Part shown: positions 53,970-62,156 of the stretch, piece by piece
How positions within the stretch are numbered: position 1 is the stretch's first letter
Layout: the number at the start of each line of letters is the position of its first letter
Assembly (NCBI GenBank): GCA_013695475.1
Contig: JACDAJ010000204.1
Span: 1-63,354 of the forward strand
Direction: 5' to 3'
Source: Rubrobacter sp.
Lineage (GTDB): Bacteria; Actinomycetota; Rubrobacteria; Rubrobacterales; Rubrobacteraceae
DNA: 63,354 nucleotides
Translations under genes and position numbers: made by a program
Notes under the pieces: generated by a model
The model's database searches: none
Told to the model about the DNA's origin: nothing
The model's input: the letters and a program-made list of their open reading frames with translations, nothing else

Positions 53970-54989
53970 TTGTCGGTTGTGAGAAGCACGAGGTTGTTGG
54001 AAAGAGGGGGATCGGGGTTCGCGGGGTTGTCGGGGGTTTCGAGGGGTCTCGGATTTTTGTTTGCCGCAGTGTTCGCCGCGCTGTTCGCTATGGGATGCGG
54101 GGGTTCCGGCGAGTCCGGAGGTTCCGGGGAAGCGGGGGCGGTCGAGGGGACGATACAGGCGACGACGACCACGACGCACATCACGGACATGGTGGAAAGC
54201 ATCGGCGGCGATGAGGTCGAGACGACGGCTTTGATGGGGCCGGGTGTGGATCCGCATCTTTACGAGGCGAGCCAGGGCGACATAGGCGCTTTGCAGGAGG
54301 CCGACGCTATTTTCTACAACGGGCTTTTCCTCGAAGGCCAGTTGAACGACACCTTGATCCAGGTCGGACAAGAAGCTCCGACCGTGCGTGTAACCGAGGC
54401 TATGCCGGAGGAGGAGTTGCTTCCTTCCGGCGACTACGAGGGGCAGAACGACCCGCACGTGTGGTTTGATCCCGAGTTGTGGGTGACGGGCGTGGATCCG
54501 GTCGTCGAGCAACTCTCGGAACTCAAGCCCGACGCCGCCGAGGACTTCGAGCAGCGCGGCGAGGAATACCGCGCCGAGGCGATGGAGGCGCACGAGTACG
54601 TTCAGGAGCGGGTCGAGTCCATCCCCGAAGACGAGCGGGTTCTCGTGACTTCGCATGACGCTTTCAGCTATTTCGGCGAGGCATATGGTTTCGAGGTCGA
54701 GGGTCTTCAAGGGCTTTCCACCGAGACCGAGGCCGGGGCCGGGGACGTGAGCGCGCTCGCGGACTCCCTCGTCGAAGAAGAGATACCGGCCATATTCGTC
54801 GAGTCTTCCATCCCGAGGCGCAACGTCGAAGCGGTTCAGGCTGCGGCCCGGGATCAAGGCTGGGACGTGACGATCCCCGAGCAAGCCCTCTTCGCCGACG
54901 CGATGGGCGAACCCGGCACCGAGGCCGGAACATACTCCGGTATGCTCCGCGCCAACGCCGACACGATAGTCGGCGGCCTCGGCGGCTAA
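53970..54989 (+). CDS. Metal (Mn/Zn) ABC transporter substrate-binding lipoprotein (TroA/MntC/ZnuA family)
   Basis: Lipobox FAMGC. ...ITDMVESIGGDEV...GVDPHLYEAS...DPHVWFDP...VTSHDAFSYFG... TTG 53970 or GTG 53979 start. Confidence 0.88.
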   Translation: MSVVRSTRLLERGGSGFAGLSGVSRGLGFLFAAVFAALFAMGCGGSGESGGSGEAGAVEGTIQATTTTTHITDMVESIGGDEVETTALMGPGVDPHLYEASQGDIGALQEADAIFYNGLFLEGQLNDTLIQVGQEAPTVRVTEAMPEEELLPSGDYEGQNDPHVWFDPELWVTGVDPVVEQLSELKPDAAEDFEQRGEEYRAEAMEAHEYVQERVESIPEDERVLVTSHDAFSYFGEAYGFEVEGLQGLSTETEAGAGDVSALADSLVEEEIPAIFVESSIPRRNVEAVQAAARDQGWDVTIPEQALFADAMGEPGTEAGTYSGMLRANADTIVGGLGG

Positions 54990-55067
54990 CAAAGTCAAGG
55001 AGCGCGACAACGCCGGGCGGCGCCCCCGAAATGGGCAGCCGCCCGGTTTATCGGAGGAAAGAGACAT

Positions 55068-55853
55068 ATGAGACAGGTGGAAATGGGAAATCGAAGCGGA
55101 CGGAACCTCGAAGCGCTGCCGGACGAGATGCCGCTCGAAGTGAGCGGTTTGACCGTCGCGTATCGGGACAAGCCCGTGCTTTGGGACATAACTTTCGAGG
55201 TTCCCGAGGGGCAGCTCGTCGCCATCGTCGGGCCGAACGGGGCCGGGAAGACGACGTTGTTAAAAGCGGTGATGGGCATGATCGAACCCGCCGCGGGGCG
55301 CGCCCTCGTGTACGGAATGCCCTTCGAGAAAGCCCGCCACCTCGTCGGATACGTCCCGCAACGCGGAAGCGTGGACTGGGATTTCCCGACGAGCGCATTG
55401 GATGTCGTCCAAATGGGACTTTACGGAAAGCTCGGATGGTTCCGGAGGCCGGGACGAAAAGAACGCGAAAAGGCGATGGAATGCCTCGAGCAAGTCGGAA
55501 TAGCCTCGTTCGCCGACCGCCAGATTTCGCAGCTTTCGGGCGGTCAGCAACAACGGGTGTTCCTCGCCCGCGCCCTCGCGCAGGATGCGAACCTTTATCT
55601 CACCGACGAGCCGTTCGCAGCCGTTGACTACAAAACCGAGCGGGCGATCGTCGAGCTTCTCCGCGAACTCAAATCACAGGGGAAGACGGTGGTCGTCGTC
55701 CACCATGACCTCGGGACGGTTCCGGAATACTTCGACCGGGTGGTTATTTTGAACAAAAACCTCGTCGCCGAAGGCCCGGTCGGGAAGGTTTTCAACAAAG
55801 AGAACCTTTCGGAAGCGTACGGCGGAAACGTCTCGTACCTCGCGGGAAGCTGA
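55068..55853 (+). CDS. Metal ABC transporter ATP-binding protein
   Basis: Walker A GPNGAGKTT, signature LSGGQQQR, Walker B LYLTDEP. Confidence 0.92.
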   Translation: MRQVEMGNRSGRNLEALPDEMPLEVSGLTVAYRDKPVLWDITFEVPEGQLVAIVGPNGAGKTTLLKAVMGMIEPAAGRALVYGMPFEKARHLVGYVPQRGSVDWDFPTSALDVVQMGLYGKLGWFRRPGRKEREKAMECLEQVGIASFADRQISQLSGGQQQRVFLARALAQDANLYLTDEPFAAVDYKTERAIVELLRELKSQGKTVVVVHHDLGTVPEYFDRVVILNKNLVAEGPVGKVFNKENLSEAYGGNVSYLAGS

Positions 55854-55854
55854 A

Positions 55855-56763
55855 ATGCTCGACCTTTTCTCGGCCCTCTTCACGGACTATACGCTCCGAA
55901 ACGTCGCGCTCGGGTGCGCGGTTCTCGGTGTCGTGAGCGGCGTTCTCGGGTGCTTCGCCGTCCTTCGTCGGCAAGGGCTTCTTGGCGACGCGCTCGCGCA
56001 CGCCACATTGCCCGGCGTGTGCGTCGCGTTCATTTTGACCGGGACTCGGACGCCCGCGATCCTCCTTCTCGGAGCCGCCATCTCCGCAAGCCTCGGGGCG
56101 CTCCTCATCCTCGCGGTCGTCGGTGGGACGCGCATAAAACAGGACGCCGCTCTCGGCATCGTGCTTTCGGTGTTCTTCGGGGCCGGGACGGTGATGCTCA
56201 CGTACATCGCCGGGACGGGGAACTCCGGGCAAAGCGGCCTCGACCGCTTCATATTCGGACAAGCCGCCACGATCGTCCGCGAAGATGTCGTCACGATGGG
56301 GATTCTCGCGGGCATCGCGCTCGTCGTGGTCGCGGTTCTTTTCAAAGAGTTCAAAATCCTCTCCTTCGACCCGGAGTTCGCGGCGAGCATGGGATACCCC
56401 GTCGGGAAATTGAACATCCTCCTCACCGCGCTCATCGTGGTCGCCATCGTCATTGGGATACAAACCGTCGGCGTTATTTTGATGGCCGCCATGCTCATCA
56501 CCCCCGCCGCCGCCGCGAGGCAATGGACGGATAAACTTTCGATGATGGTTTTCGTATCCGGGTTTTTCGGGGCTTTGAGTGGGGTTTCGGGGGCGATGGT
56601 GAGCGCGTCCGGCTCGAACCTTCCGACCGGGCCGATCATCGTCCTCGCCGCGACTGGCATCTTCCTCCTCTCCCTCGTCTTCGGCGCGAGACACGGGTTT
56701 TTGTGGAGTCGCCTCCGCGAACGCCGGAACCGACGCGCCGCCCTCGAAGGAGGTTCACCGTGA
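55855..56763 (+). CDS. Metal ABC transporter permease (ABC-3 family)
   Basis: 302 aa, 8-9 TM. ...LGDALAHATLPGV... Confidence 0.9.
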   Translation: MLDLFSALFTDYTLRNVALGCAVLGVVSGVLGCFAVLRRQGLLGDALAHATLPGVCVAFILTGTRTPAILLLGAAISASLGALLILAVVGGTRIKQDAALGIVLSVFFGAGTVMLTYIAGTGNSGQSGLDRFIFGQAATIVREDVVTMGILAGIALVVVAVLFKEFKILSFDPEFAASMGYPVGKLNILLTALIVVAIVIGIQTVGVILMAAMLITPAAAARQWTDKLSMMVFVSGFFGALSGVSGAMVSASGSNLPTGPIIVLAATGIFLLSLVFGARHGFLWSRLRERRNRRAALEGGSP

Positions 56764-57857
56764 GCGCGGATTTCATCGTCATAACGACCGCGATACTCGT
56801 CGCGGTTCCGTGCGCGCTCCTCGGGACGCTTCTCGTTCTCCGGCAAATGGCGATGATCGGGGATGCGATCAGCCACGCCGTATTGCCGGGGATCGTGTTC
56901 GCGTTCTTCATTTCGGAGTCGCTCGGCGCGCTCACCTCGCTCATCGGCGCGGCGGTTTTCGGGCTTCTTTGCGCCGTCCTCATCGAAGCGTTGAAAAACA
57001 CCGGGAGAGTGAAAGAAGACTCGTCCATCGGCATCGTGTTCACGGCTCTCTTCGCGCTCGGGGTGTTTTTAATCTCGCGCTTCGCCGGGAGCGTACACCT
57101 CGATTTGCAGCATGTTCTTTATGGGGAGATCGCATTTTCGCCGCTCAATTCGCTCATCATCGGCGGCGTGAACCTCGGCCCGATCTCTTTTTGGACGCTC
57201 GGTGTCGTCACGGTCATAGCCGTCTCTTTCGTCCTCCTTTTTTACAAGGAACTCAAAATAGCGACCTTCGACGCGGGCCTCGCCGCCGCCGTCGGGCTTT
57301 CGCCCGTCCTCGTCCATTATCTCCTCATGGGGGCGGTTTCGATCACCGTCGTCGGAGCCTTCGATTCGGTCGGGGCGATCCTCGTCGTCGCCTTCCTCAT
57401 CGCCCCCGCCGCGACGGCTTATTTGCTCACCGAGCAACTTTGGCGGATGATGGCTCTCGCCGTCGCCCTCGGGACGCTCTCCGCTGTCTCCGGCTATTAT
57501 TTCGCCGCCTTCCTCGATGTTTCGATCTCCGGGATGATGGCGACGATGACGGGTTTTCTCTTCATCCTCGCCCTCCTTTTCTCGCCCTCCCACGGCCTCG
57601 CCGCCGCTTTCTCGCGCCGCCGTGAGAACCGCCGCATATTCTCCCGCGACCTTCTTCTCTCCCGCATCGGAACCCTCGGAGAGAAGACGACCGAGGAGGA
57701 ACTCGCCCGAAGCCTCGGATGGGAGAGGAGGAAGATCTCCCGCTCCCTCGACGAGGCGTTGCGCGGAGGTTTCATCGTGAGGCCGTCGAGCGGCGAGGTC
57801 GCCGCGACGAGGAAAGGCCGGGACGCCGCACGCGAAAGAGCCGGAAGCCTCGCGTGA
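56760..57857 (+). CDS. Metal ABC transporter permease (ABC-3) with a ~85-aa C-terminal winged-helix-like extension
   Basis: The GTG at 56760 overlaps the upstream TGA, after GAAGGAGG. ...IGDAISHAVLPGI... C-terminus ...LLLSRIGTLGEKTTEEELARSLGWERRKISRSLDEALRGGFIVRPSSGEVAATRKG... Confidence 0.88.
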   Translation: MSADFIVITTAILVAVPCALLGTLLVLRQMAMIGDAISHAVLPGIVFAFFISESLGALTSLIGAAVFGLLCAVLIEALKNTGRVKEDSSIGIVFTALFALGVFLISRFAGSVHLDLQHVLYGEIAFSPLNSLIIGGVNLGPISFWTLGVVTVIAVSFVLLFYKELKIATFDAGLAAAVGLSPVLVHYLLMGAVSITVVGAFDSVGAILVVAFLIAPAATAYLLTEQLWRMMALAVALGTLSAVSGYYFAAFLDVSISGMMATMTGFLFILALLFSPSHGLAAAFSRRRENRRIFSRDLLLSRIGTLGEKTTEEELARSLGWERRKISRSLDEALRGGFIVRPSSGEVAATRKGRDAARERAGSLA

Positions 57858-57886
57858 GGGCGGGTTCCGTGGGGATGATTCTCGCG

Positions 57887-57929
57887 TAACCCGCGCATTT
57901 CAGCGTGCCAGCTTTTTGTTTTTGCTGAC
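57887..57929. repeat. Shared 25-nt block plus R3 hairpin GCCAGC-TTTTTGTTTTT-GCTGAC
   Basis: aacccgcgcatttcagcgtGCCAGCtttttgtttttGCTGAC. The whole is enclosed by the 10-bp inverted repeat TAACCCGCGC (57886-95) / GCGCGGGTTA (57949-58). Confidence 0.6.
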
Positions 57930-57988
57930 TCGATGACGAGGGAAGCCCGCGCGGGTTATGGAAACCCATGATTCCGCAACCCGGTGTG

Positions 57989-58120
57989 ATACGGAATCCG
58001 GACGATCACTTCCCGAAAGCCGTGTTCGTCGGTCGGCGACTCCCGAAGCGAGCGACAGCGAGCGGCTCCCGAACCCGCCGCCGACCGAGTTCGAAACCAT
58101 TCACCCGGATTCCGTATGAG
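57989..58120. repeat. Inverted pair of R2 repeats flanking ~95 bp (MITE-like hairpin element)
   Basis: ATACGGAATCCGGACGATCAC (57989-58009) and CACCCGGATTCCGTATGAG (58102-58120). Inner complementary segments cgtcggtcggcg / cgccgaccgag. Confidence 0.5.
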
Positions 58121-58421
58121 GCGATCCGCGAAATAAAAAACCCGCGCCACCGACGACGAACGACCGTGCCATCGTCCGGAGAGTCGAAACTTTTTTGGGA
58201 GATCCACGAAGCGTCCTTCGGGGTGCTTTTTCCTTCCGGTCGGCGGGGGATGGAAGGGTCGTGGATTGAGGAAATACGACTCGCCGTCCGCGCTTCCCCG
58301 ATTTTCGAGGTCGGAGGTTTTCATAATCCGTTTCGCGTTATACATGCGACGGTGGGTGGTAGAAATTAGCCGTGTCTGAGATTGCTTTTAACGAGGGGCG
58401 AACGAAGGATCCGGGTCGGGT

Positions 58422-59231
58422 TTGATGGAATTTTTCATCGGGCTTCCCCCTGTTTCGCAGGCTTTTCTCGCGACGCTTTTCACGTGGGGGATGACCGCGC
58501 TCGGGGCTGCGCTCGTGTTCGGGACGAAGAAGGTTCCACGGAGGCTCCTCGACGCGATGCTTGGTTTCGCCGCCGGGGTCATGATCGCCGCGAGTTTTTG
58601 GTCGCTTCTCGCGCCCGCCATCGAACTCTCGGCGAACGGCCCGCTCCCCGAATGGCTCCCGCCCGTCATCGGTTTCCTCCTCGGCGGCGTTTTCCTCCGC
58701 GGCCTCGATCTCACTTTGCCCCACCTCCACCCCGGAATGAAGATGAGCGAGGCCGAGGGAGTGGATACGACGTGGCGGCGGAGTGTTCTTCTCGTCTCGG
58801 CGATCACGCTCCACAATATTCCGGAAGGACTCGCCATCGGGGTGGCGTTCGGGGCGGTCGCGTCCGGCCTCGAAGGGGCGACTCTCGGAGCCGCCATCGC
58901 GCTCGCCATCGGCATCGGCCTCCAGAATTTCCCCGAGGGAACCGCCGTCTCAATGCCACTTCGCCGCGATGGGATGTCCCGCCGAAAGAGCTTTTTCTAC
59001 GGGCAGCTTTCCGGCTCCGTCGAGCCGATCGCGGCCGTCGTCGGAGCCGCCGTCGTCATCGTCGCGCAGCCGATGCTTCCGTATGCGCTCGCGTTCGCCG
59101 CCGGGGCTATGATCTTCGTCGTCGCCGAAGAACTCATCCCCGAAGCGAAACGCGGCTCCCCCGACATCGCCGCCCTCTCCCTCATGGTCGGCTTCGCCGT
59201 AATGATGACCCTCGATGTCGCCCTCGGCTGA
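58422..59231 (+). CDS. ZIP-family divalent metal transporter (ZupT/GufA-like)
   Basis: ...[18 protein letters not shown]...[13 protein letters not shown]...[17 protein letters not shown]... Confidence 0.9.
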   Translation: MMEFFIGLPPVSQAFLATLFTWGMTALGAALVFGTKKVPRRLLDAMLGFAAGVMIAASFWSLLAPAIELSANGPLPEWLPPVIGFLLGGVFLRGLDLTLPHLHPGMKMSEAEGVDTTWRRSVLLVSAITLHNIPEGLAIGVAFGAVASGLEGATLGAAIALAIGIGLQNFPEGTAVSMPLRRDGMSRRKSFFYGQLSGSVEPIAAVVGAAVVIVAQPMLPYALAFAAGAMIFVVAEELIPEAKRGSPDIAALSLMVGFAVMMTLDVALG

Positions 59232-59310
59232 AACGGGGGAAATAGTCCGAAAATAGCCCCGATCCCCCGAAATCTGTCCAAACCGTAACGAAATTATTAA
59301 GTTTCGTTAA

Positions 59311-59480
59311 ATAATCGCTTCGGTCGGGATACACGTTATTTCCGATAAGTAAGCGGGTTTCGTGGATATTCTGTCTGTTTTGCGATGTTGAGGGGTGTTG
59401 CGGCGAGGTTGCGAGTTCTTTAGATTTCACGGCTGGAGGGGGGATGCCTATCCCCCGAATGAAGTTAATAGCGATCAATA
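59311..59480 (+). promoter_or_regulatory. Structured ~170-nt leader upstream of the secreted hydrolase; weak candidate ydaO-type (c-di-AMP) riboswitch
   Basis: Closing helix TCGCT (59315-19) / AGCGA (59470-74). Strong hairpin GGGGGAT-gcct-ATCCCCC (59439-56). Only partial matches to remembered ydaO elements (AATCGCTT, GGGGTG, CCCGAA, AGTTAA). Confidence 0.2.
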
Positions 59481-59496
59481 TGGAGGGGGTTCGGCC

Positions 59497-61314
59497 ATGC
59501 CTCGGAGAATCGGTATCTTAACAACGCTCGCCGCTGTCGTGGCGGTACTTTTGGTTGCATTGCCCGCGGGGGCGCAGTCGGGGGACGTGGCTTCGATGGA
59601 GGCTGAGGCGGCTGCGGCGCAGGAGCGACTGGCTGAGTTGCAAGGAGAGGTCGGGGCCGCGTACGAGGCGTATGAGGAGGCATTGACGGGGCTCGAGGCT
59701 CTCAACTCGGACATCAGCGCGACGGGTGGCGAGTTGATGGAGGCGGAGAAGGAGCTTGTGGAGGCACAGGGGAACCTCGAGGATCAGGCGTCGAGGGTTT
59801 ACCGGAGCGGGAATGTCGGGTTCATAGACGTGCTTGTGGGGGTCGAGAGCTTCTCGGACTTCGCGGCCCGGATGGAGCTTTGGGTGCGGGTTCTCGGTCA
59901 GCAGCAAGCCGAGGTGAATCGGGTCGGCGAGCTTCGGGACGCGCTCGCGGCCGACCGGGCCGCGCTGGAGCAGCAACGGGAGGATCGCTCGGCGGCGGTC
60001 GAGGCTGCGGCGGGGCAGAGGACCGAGGCCGCGGAGCTCGAGGCCGAGACGATGGAATATCTCAATTCGCTCGATGGGCAGATGCAGGCGACGGTTCAGG
60101 CGCAGCTCTTCGCCGACGCCGAGGCTCAGGCGAGGCAGGATCGCATCCTCGAAGCCCGCGAGCGTGAAAATGCCCTCGCCGAGTCATTGAGGCAGCAAGC
60201 CGAAGAGGCCGCCGAGCGGGCCGCCGAGCAGCAAGCCGCAGCCGAGGAGGCGGAAGCCGCCGCGCAGAAAGCCGCCGACGCAGAGCAGGACGCGGCAGAG
60301 AGGGAAGCCGCGGAGCGTCGGGCGGCGGCCGAGATGCAGGCCGCCGAGGAGCAGATACAGGCTGAGCTTGCGGCCGCGGCGGAGTCCGACCGTCAAGCGG
60401 ATCTCGCCGAGGAGCAAGCGGCGGAGCAAGCGGAGATCGCCGCTCAGGAAGAGGCTGATCGCCAGGCGGAGATAGCCGCTCAGGAAGAGTCAGCCGCCGA
60501 GCTCGCGGCGCAGCAGCAAGCCGCCGAGGAAGAAGCGGCTCGACAGGCGGAGATCGCCGCTCAGGAGCAGGCCGCCGCCGAACTCGCCGATCAGCAAGCC
60601 GCCGCCGAGGAGCAAGCCGCCCTCGAAGCCGCGGCCGCCGAGGAGGAGTCGCAGCAGATCATGGCCGATCAGCAAGCCGCAGCCGAAGAACAAGCCGCCC
60701 TCAACGCCGCGGCGGCGGAAGAACAGGCGGAAACTGTCGAACAGGCGGAGACCGTCGAGCAGCCGGTCGTCGAGCAGGCGGAGACACTCGAGCAGCCGGT
60801 CGTCGAGCAGGCGGAGACCGTCGAGCAGGCGGAGACTGTCGAGCAGCCCGTCGAGGAGGCGGAGACACTCGAGCAGCCGGTCGTCGAGCAAGCGGAGACC
60901 CCGCCAGCCGGGGACACCGGAGGAAGCACGGGTGGCGGAACCACCACGGGCGGAAGCACGGGCGGTGGAAACTTGCAGGGGCCGGGCGCGAGCGCGAACG
61001 GGCCGTGGCAGCCGCACGTCGCGCAGGTTGCGAACAGCGTCTCTCAAATGTTCGGAGTTCCGGCGACGACGTACCCCGGACACTCTCCGGACGAGAGCCT
61101 CGCGGTTGACTTCATGGTCGGGTCGGACTCGGCCCTCGGACAGCAGATCGCCGACCACCTCGCTGCGAACATGGACTCATACGGCATTGACTACATAATG
61201 TGGAACGACGATTTCTACTCGCGCTTCACCAACTACAACGGCGCCGCATACACGTGGGTTCCCTGGGGCGACGGGGCGCACTACGACCACGTCCACGTTT
61301 CCTGGCCCGCATAG
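59497..61314 (+). CDS. Secreted coiled-coil protein with a long A/E/Q low-complexity linker and a C-terminal LAS-type (H-x6-D ... HxH) zinc peptidase-like domain; probable cell-wall hydrolase
   Basis: The ATG at 59497 follows GGAGGGGG. Signal peptide MPRRIGILTTLAAVVAVLLVALPAGAQS. PcsB/RipA-like coiled coil (...ASRVYRSGNVGFIDVLVGVESFSDFAARMEL...). C-terminus ...YPGHSPDESLAVDFMV...YDHVHVSW. Confidence 0.75.
   Translation: MPRRIGILTTLAAVVAVLLVALPAGAQSGDVASMEAEAAAAQERLAELQGEVGAAYEAYEEALTGLEALNSDISATGGELMEAEKELVEAQGNLEDQASRVYRSGNVGFIDVLVGVESFSDFAARMELWVRVLGQQQAEVNRVGELRDALAADRAALEQQREDRSAAVEAAAGQRTEAAELEAETMEYLNSLDGQMQATVQAQLFADAEAQARQDRILEARERENALAESLRQQAEEAAERAAEQQAAAEEAEAAAQKAADAEQDAAEREAAERRAAAEMQAAEEQIQAELAAAAESDRQADLAEEQAAEQAEIAAQEEADRQAEIAAQEESAAELAAQQQAAEEEAARQAEIAAQEQAAAELADQQAAAEEQAALEAAAAEEESQQIMADQQAAAEEQAALNAAAAEEQAETVEQAETVEQPVVEQAETLEQPVVEQAETVEQAETVEQPVEEAETLEQPVVEQAETPPAGDTGGSTGGGTTTGGSTGGGNLQGPGASANGPWQPHVAQVANSVSQMFGVPATTYPGHSPDESLAVDFMVGSDSALGQQIADHLAANMDSYGIDYIMWNDDFYSRFTNYNGAAYTWVPWGDGAHYDHVHVSWPA
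60721..60900 (+). repeat. In-frame tandem repeats (AETVEQ / PVVEQAETLEQ units, 18/33-bp periodicity)
   Basis: gaacaggcggaaactgtc gaacaggcggagaccgtc gagcagccggtcgtc gagcaggcggagacactc ... read directly. Confidence 0.8.
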
Positions 61315-61342
61315 CAACGGGCGAAAGCCAAGTTTCCGGGAA

Positions 61343-61382
61343 AGGCCCGTCCTCCGAAAGATCGGGGGGCGGGTCTTTTTTG
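61343..61382 (+). terminator. Strong intrinsic terminator
   Basis: AGGCCCGTCCTCCG-aaagat-CGGGGGGCGGGTCT (14-bp stem including G-U pairs) followed by a T-run. Confidence 0.8.
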
Positions 61383-61423
61383 GTTTATTCGGGCATGAGA
61401 TCTCGTGCGGGGGAGGAGCTTGA

Positions 61424-62113
61424 ATGAATCTGCCGTTCATATCCGACAGCGATTTCCTCGAAGCTGTGAGGAGGTTGGTGAAGGCTGTCGAAGATGGGAG
61501 AGTCAAAGCGGATAGTGACCCGTACCGGAACGGCATTGACCCGTTCTCGTCTCTGGTGGACGCCGCCCACCAGAATATCTCCCCCCGTGAATGGCTGGAA
61601 CAAGAGAAGGCTCGGCAGGCGCAGAAATCGTTGCAAAATGCGATTGGAGCTTTCCATCAGAATATCCTCGGCTCCATGCCCGGCTGGCGGGACGCCGGAT
61701 ACGCCGGGAGCTTCGACGTGGAGAACTCTTCGAGGGGTATCATTGCCGAAGTAAAGAACAAGCACAATACGATGAATGCCACTGGTGCGAGAGGAGTATA
61801 TGCCACCCTCGCGGAACATTTAGATGGGGACAAGTCTGGCTTCACGGCGTATCTCGTGCAAATAATCCCGAAAACACCCACTCCATACGACGAGATGTTT
61901 GCATCGCATCGAAGCACCCCGCTACGGGAAGACATAAGGCGCATTGACGGAAAGTCTTTCTACGCCCTCGCATCCGGCGACCCCGACGCGGTTCAGAAAA
62001 TCTACGAGGCGATGCCGGAAATGCTCTCGAAAATACTCCCCGTCAAGCCGCATACATTGTCTTCTTCACCCGAATTCATCGAATTCTACGAACAAGTTTA
62101 TGGGAATGACTAA
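61424..62113 (+). CDS. Type II restriction endonuclease, Eco47II/Sau96I-like (PD-(D/E)xK: ...FDVEN...IAEVKNKHNTMN...)
   Basis: 229 aa, RBS GGGGGAGGAG. ...QKSLQNAIGAFHQNILG...GIIAEVKNKHNTMNATG... The family call is from memory and unverified. Lower GC. Confidence 0.55.
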   Translation: MNLPFISDSDFLEAVRRLVKAVEDGRVKADSDPYRNGIDPFSSLVDAAHQNISPREWLEQEKARQAQKSLQNAIGAFHQNILGSMPGWRDAGYAGSFDVENSSRGIIAEVKNKHNTMNATGARGVYATLAEHLDGDKSGFTAYLVQIIPKTPTPYDEMFASHRSTPLREDIRRIDGKSFYALASGDPDAVQKIYEAMPEMLSKILPVKPHTLSSSPEFIEFYEQVYGND

Positions 62114-62116
62114 AAC

Positions 62117-62139
62117 AACCTTTGCATATTGCAAAGGTT
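62117..62139. promoter_or_regulatory. Perfect 23-bp palindrome AACCTTTGCA-tat-TGCAAAGGTT between the R and M genes
   Basis: Read directly. No T-run follows it, so it looks more like an operator than a terminator. It is 18 bp upstream of the methyltransferase ATG. Confidence 0.6.
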
Positions 62140-62156
62140 ACTGTTAACGTTGCTCC

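Noticed and set aside
59395-59496. Upstream extension of the hydrolase ORF (track start 59395).
   Set aside because: The signal peptide begins at the Met at 59497, which has a strong GGAGGGGG RBS. The upstream residues lie in the putative structured leader.
62117-62139. The R-M intergenic palindrome as a simple intrinsic terminator.
   Set aside because: No U-run follows the stem and the methyltransferase start is only 18 bp away. An operator role seems more likely, but a terminator or attenuator function cannot be excluded without 3-prime-end data.
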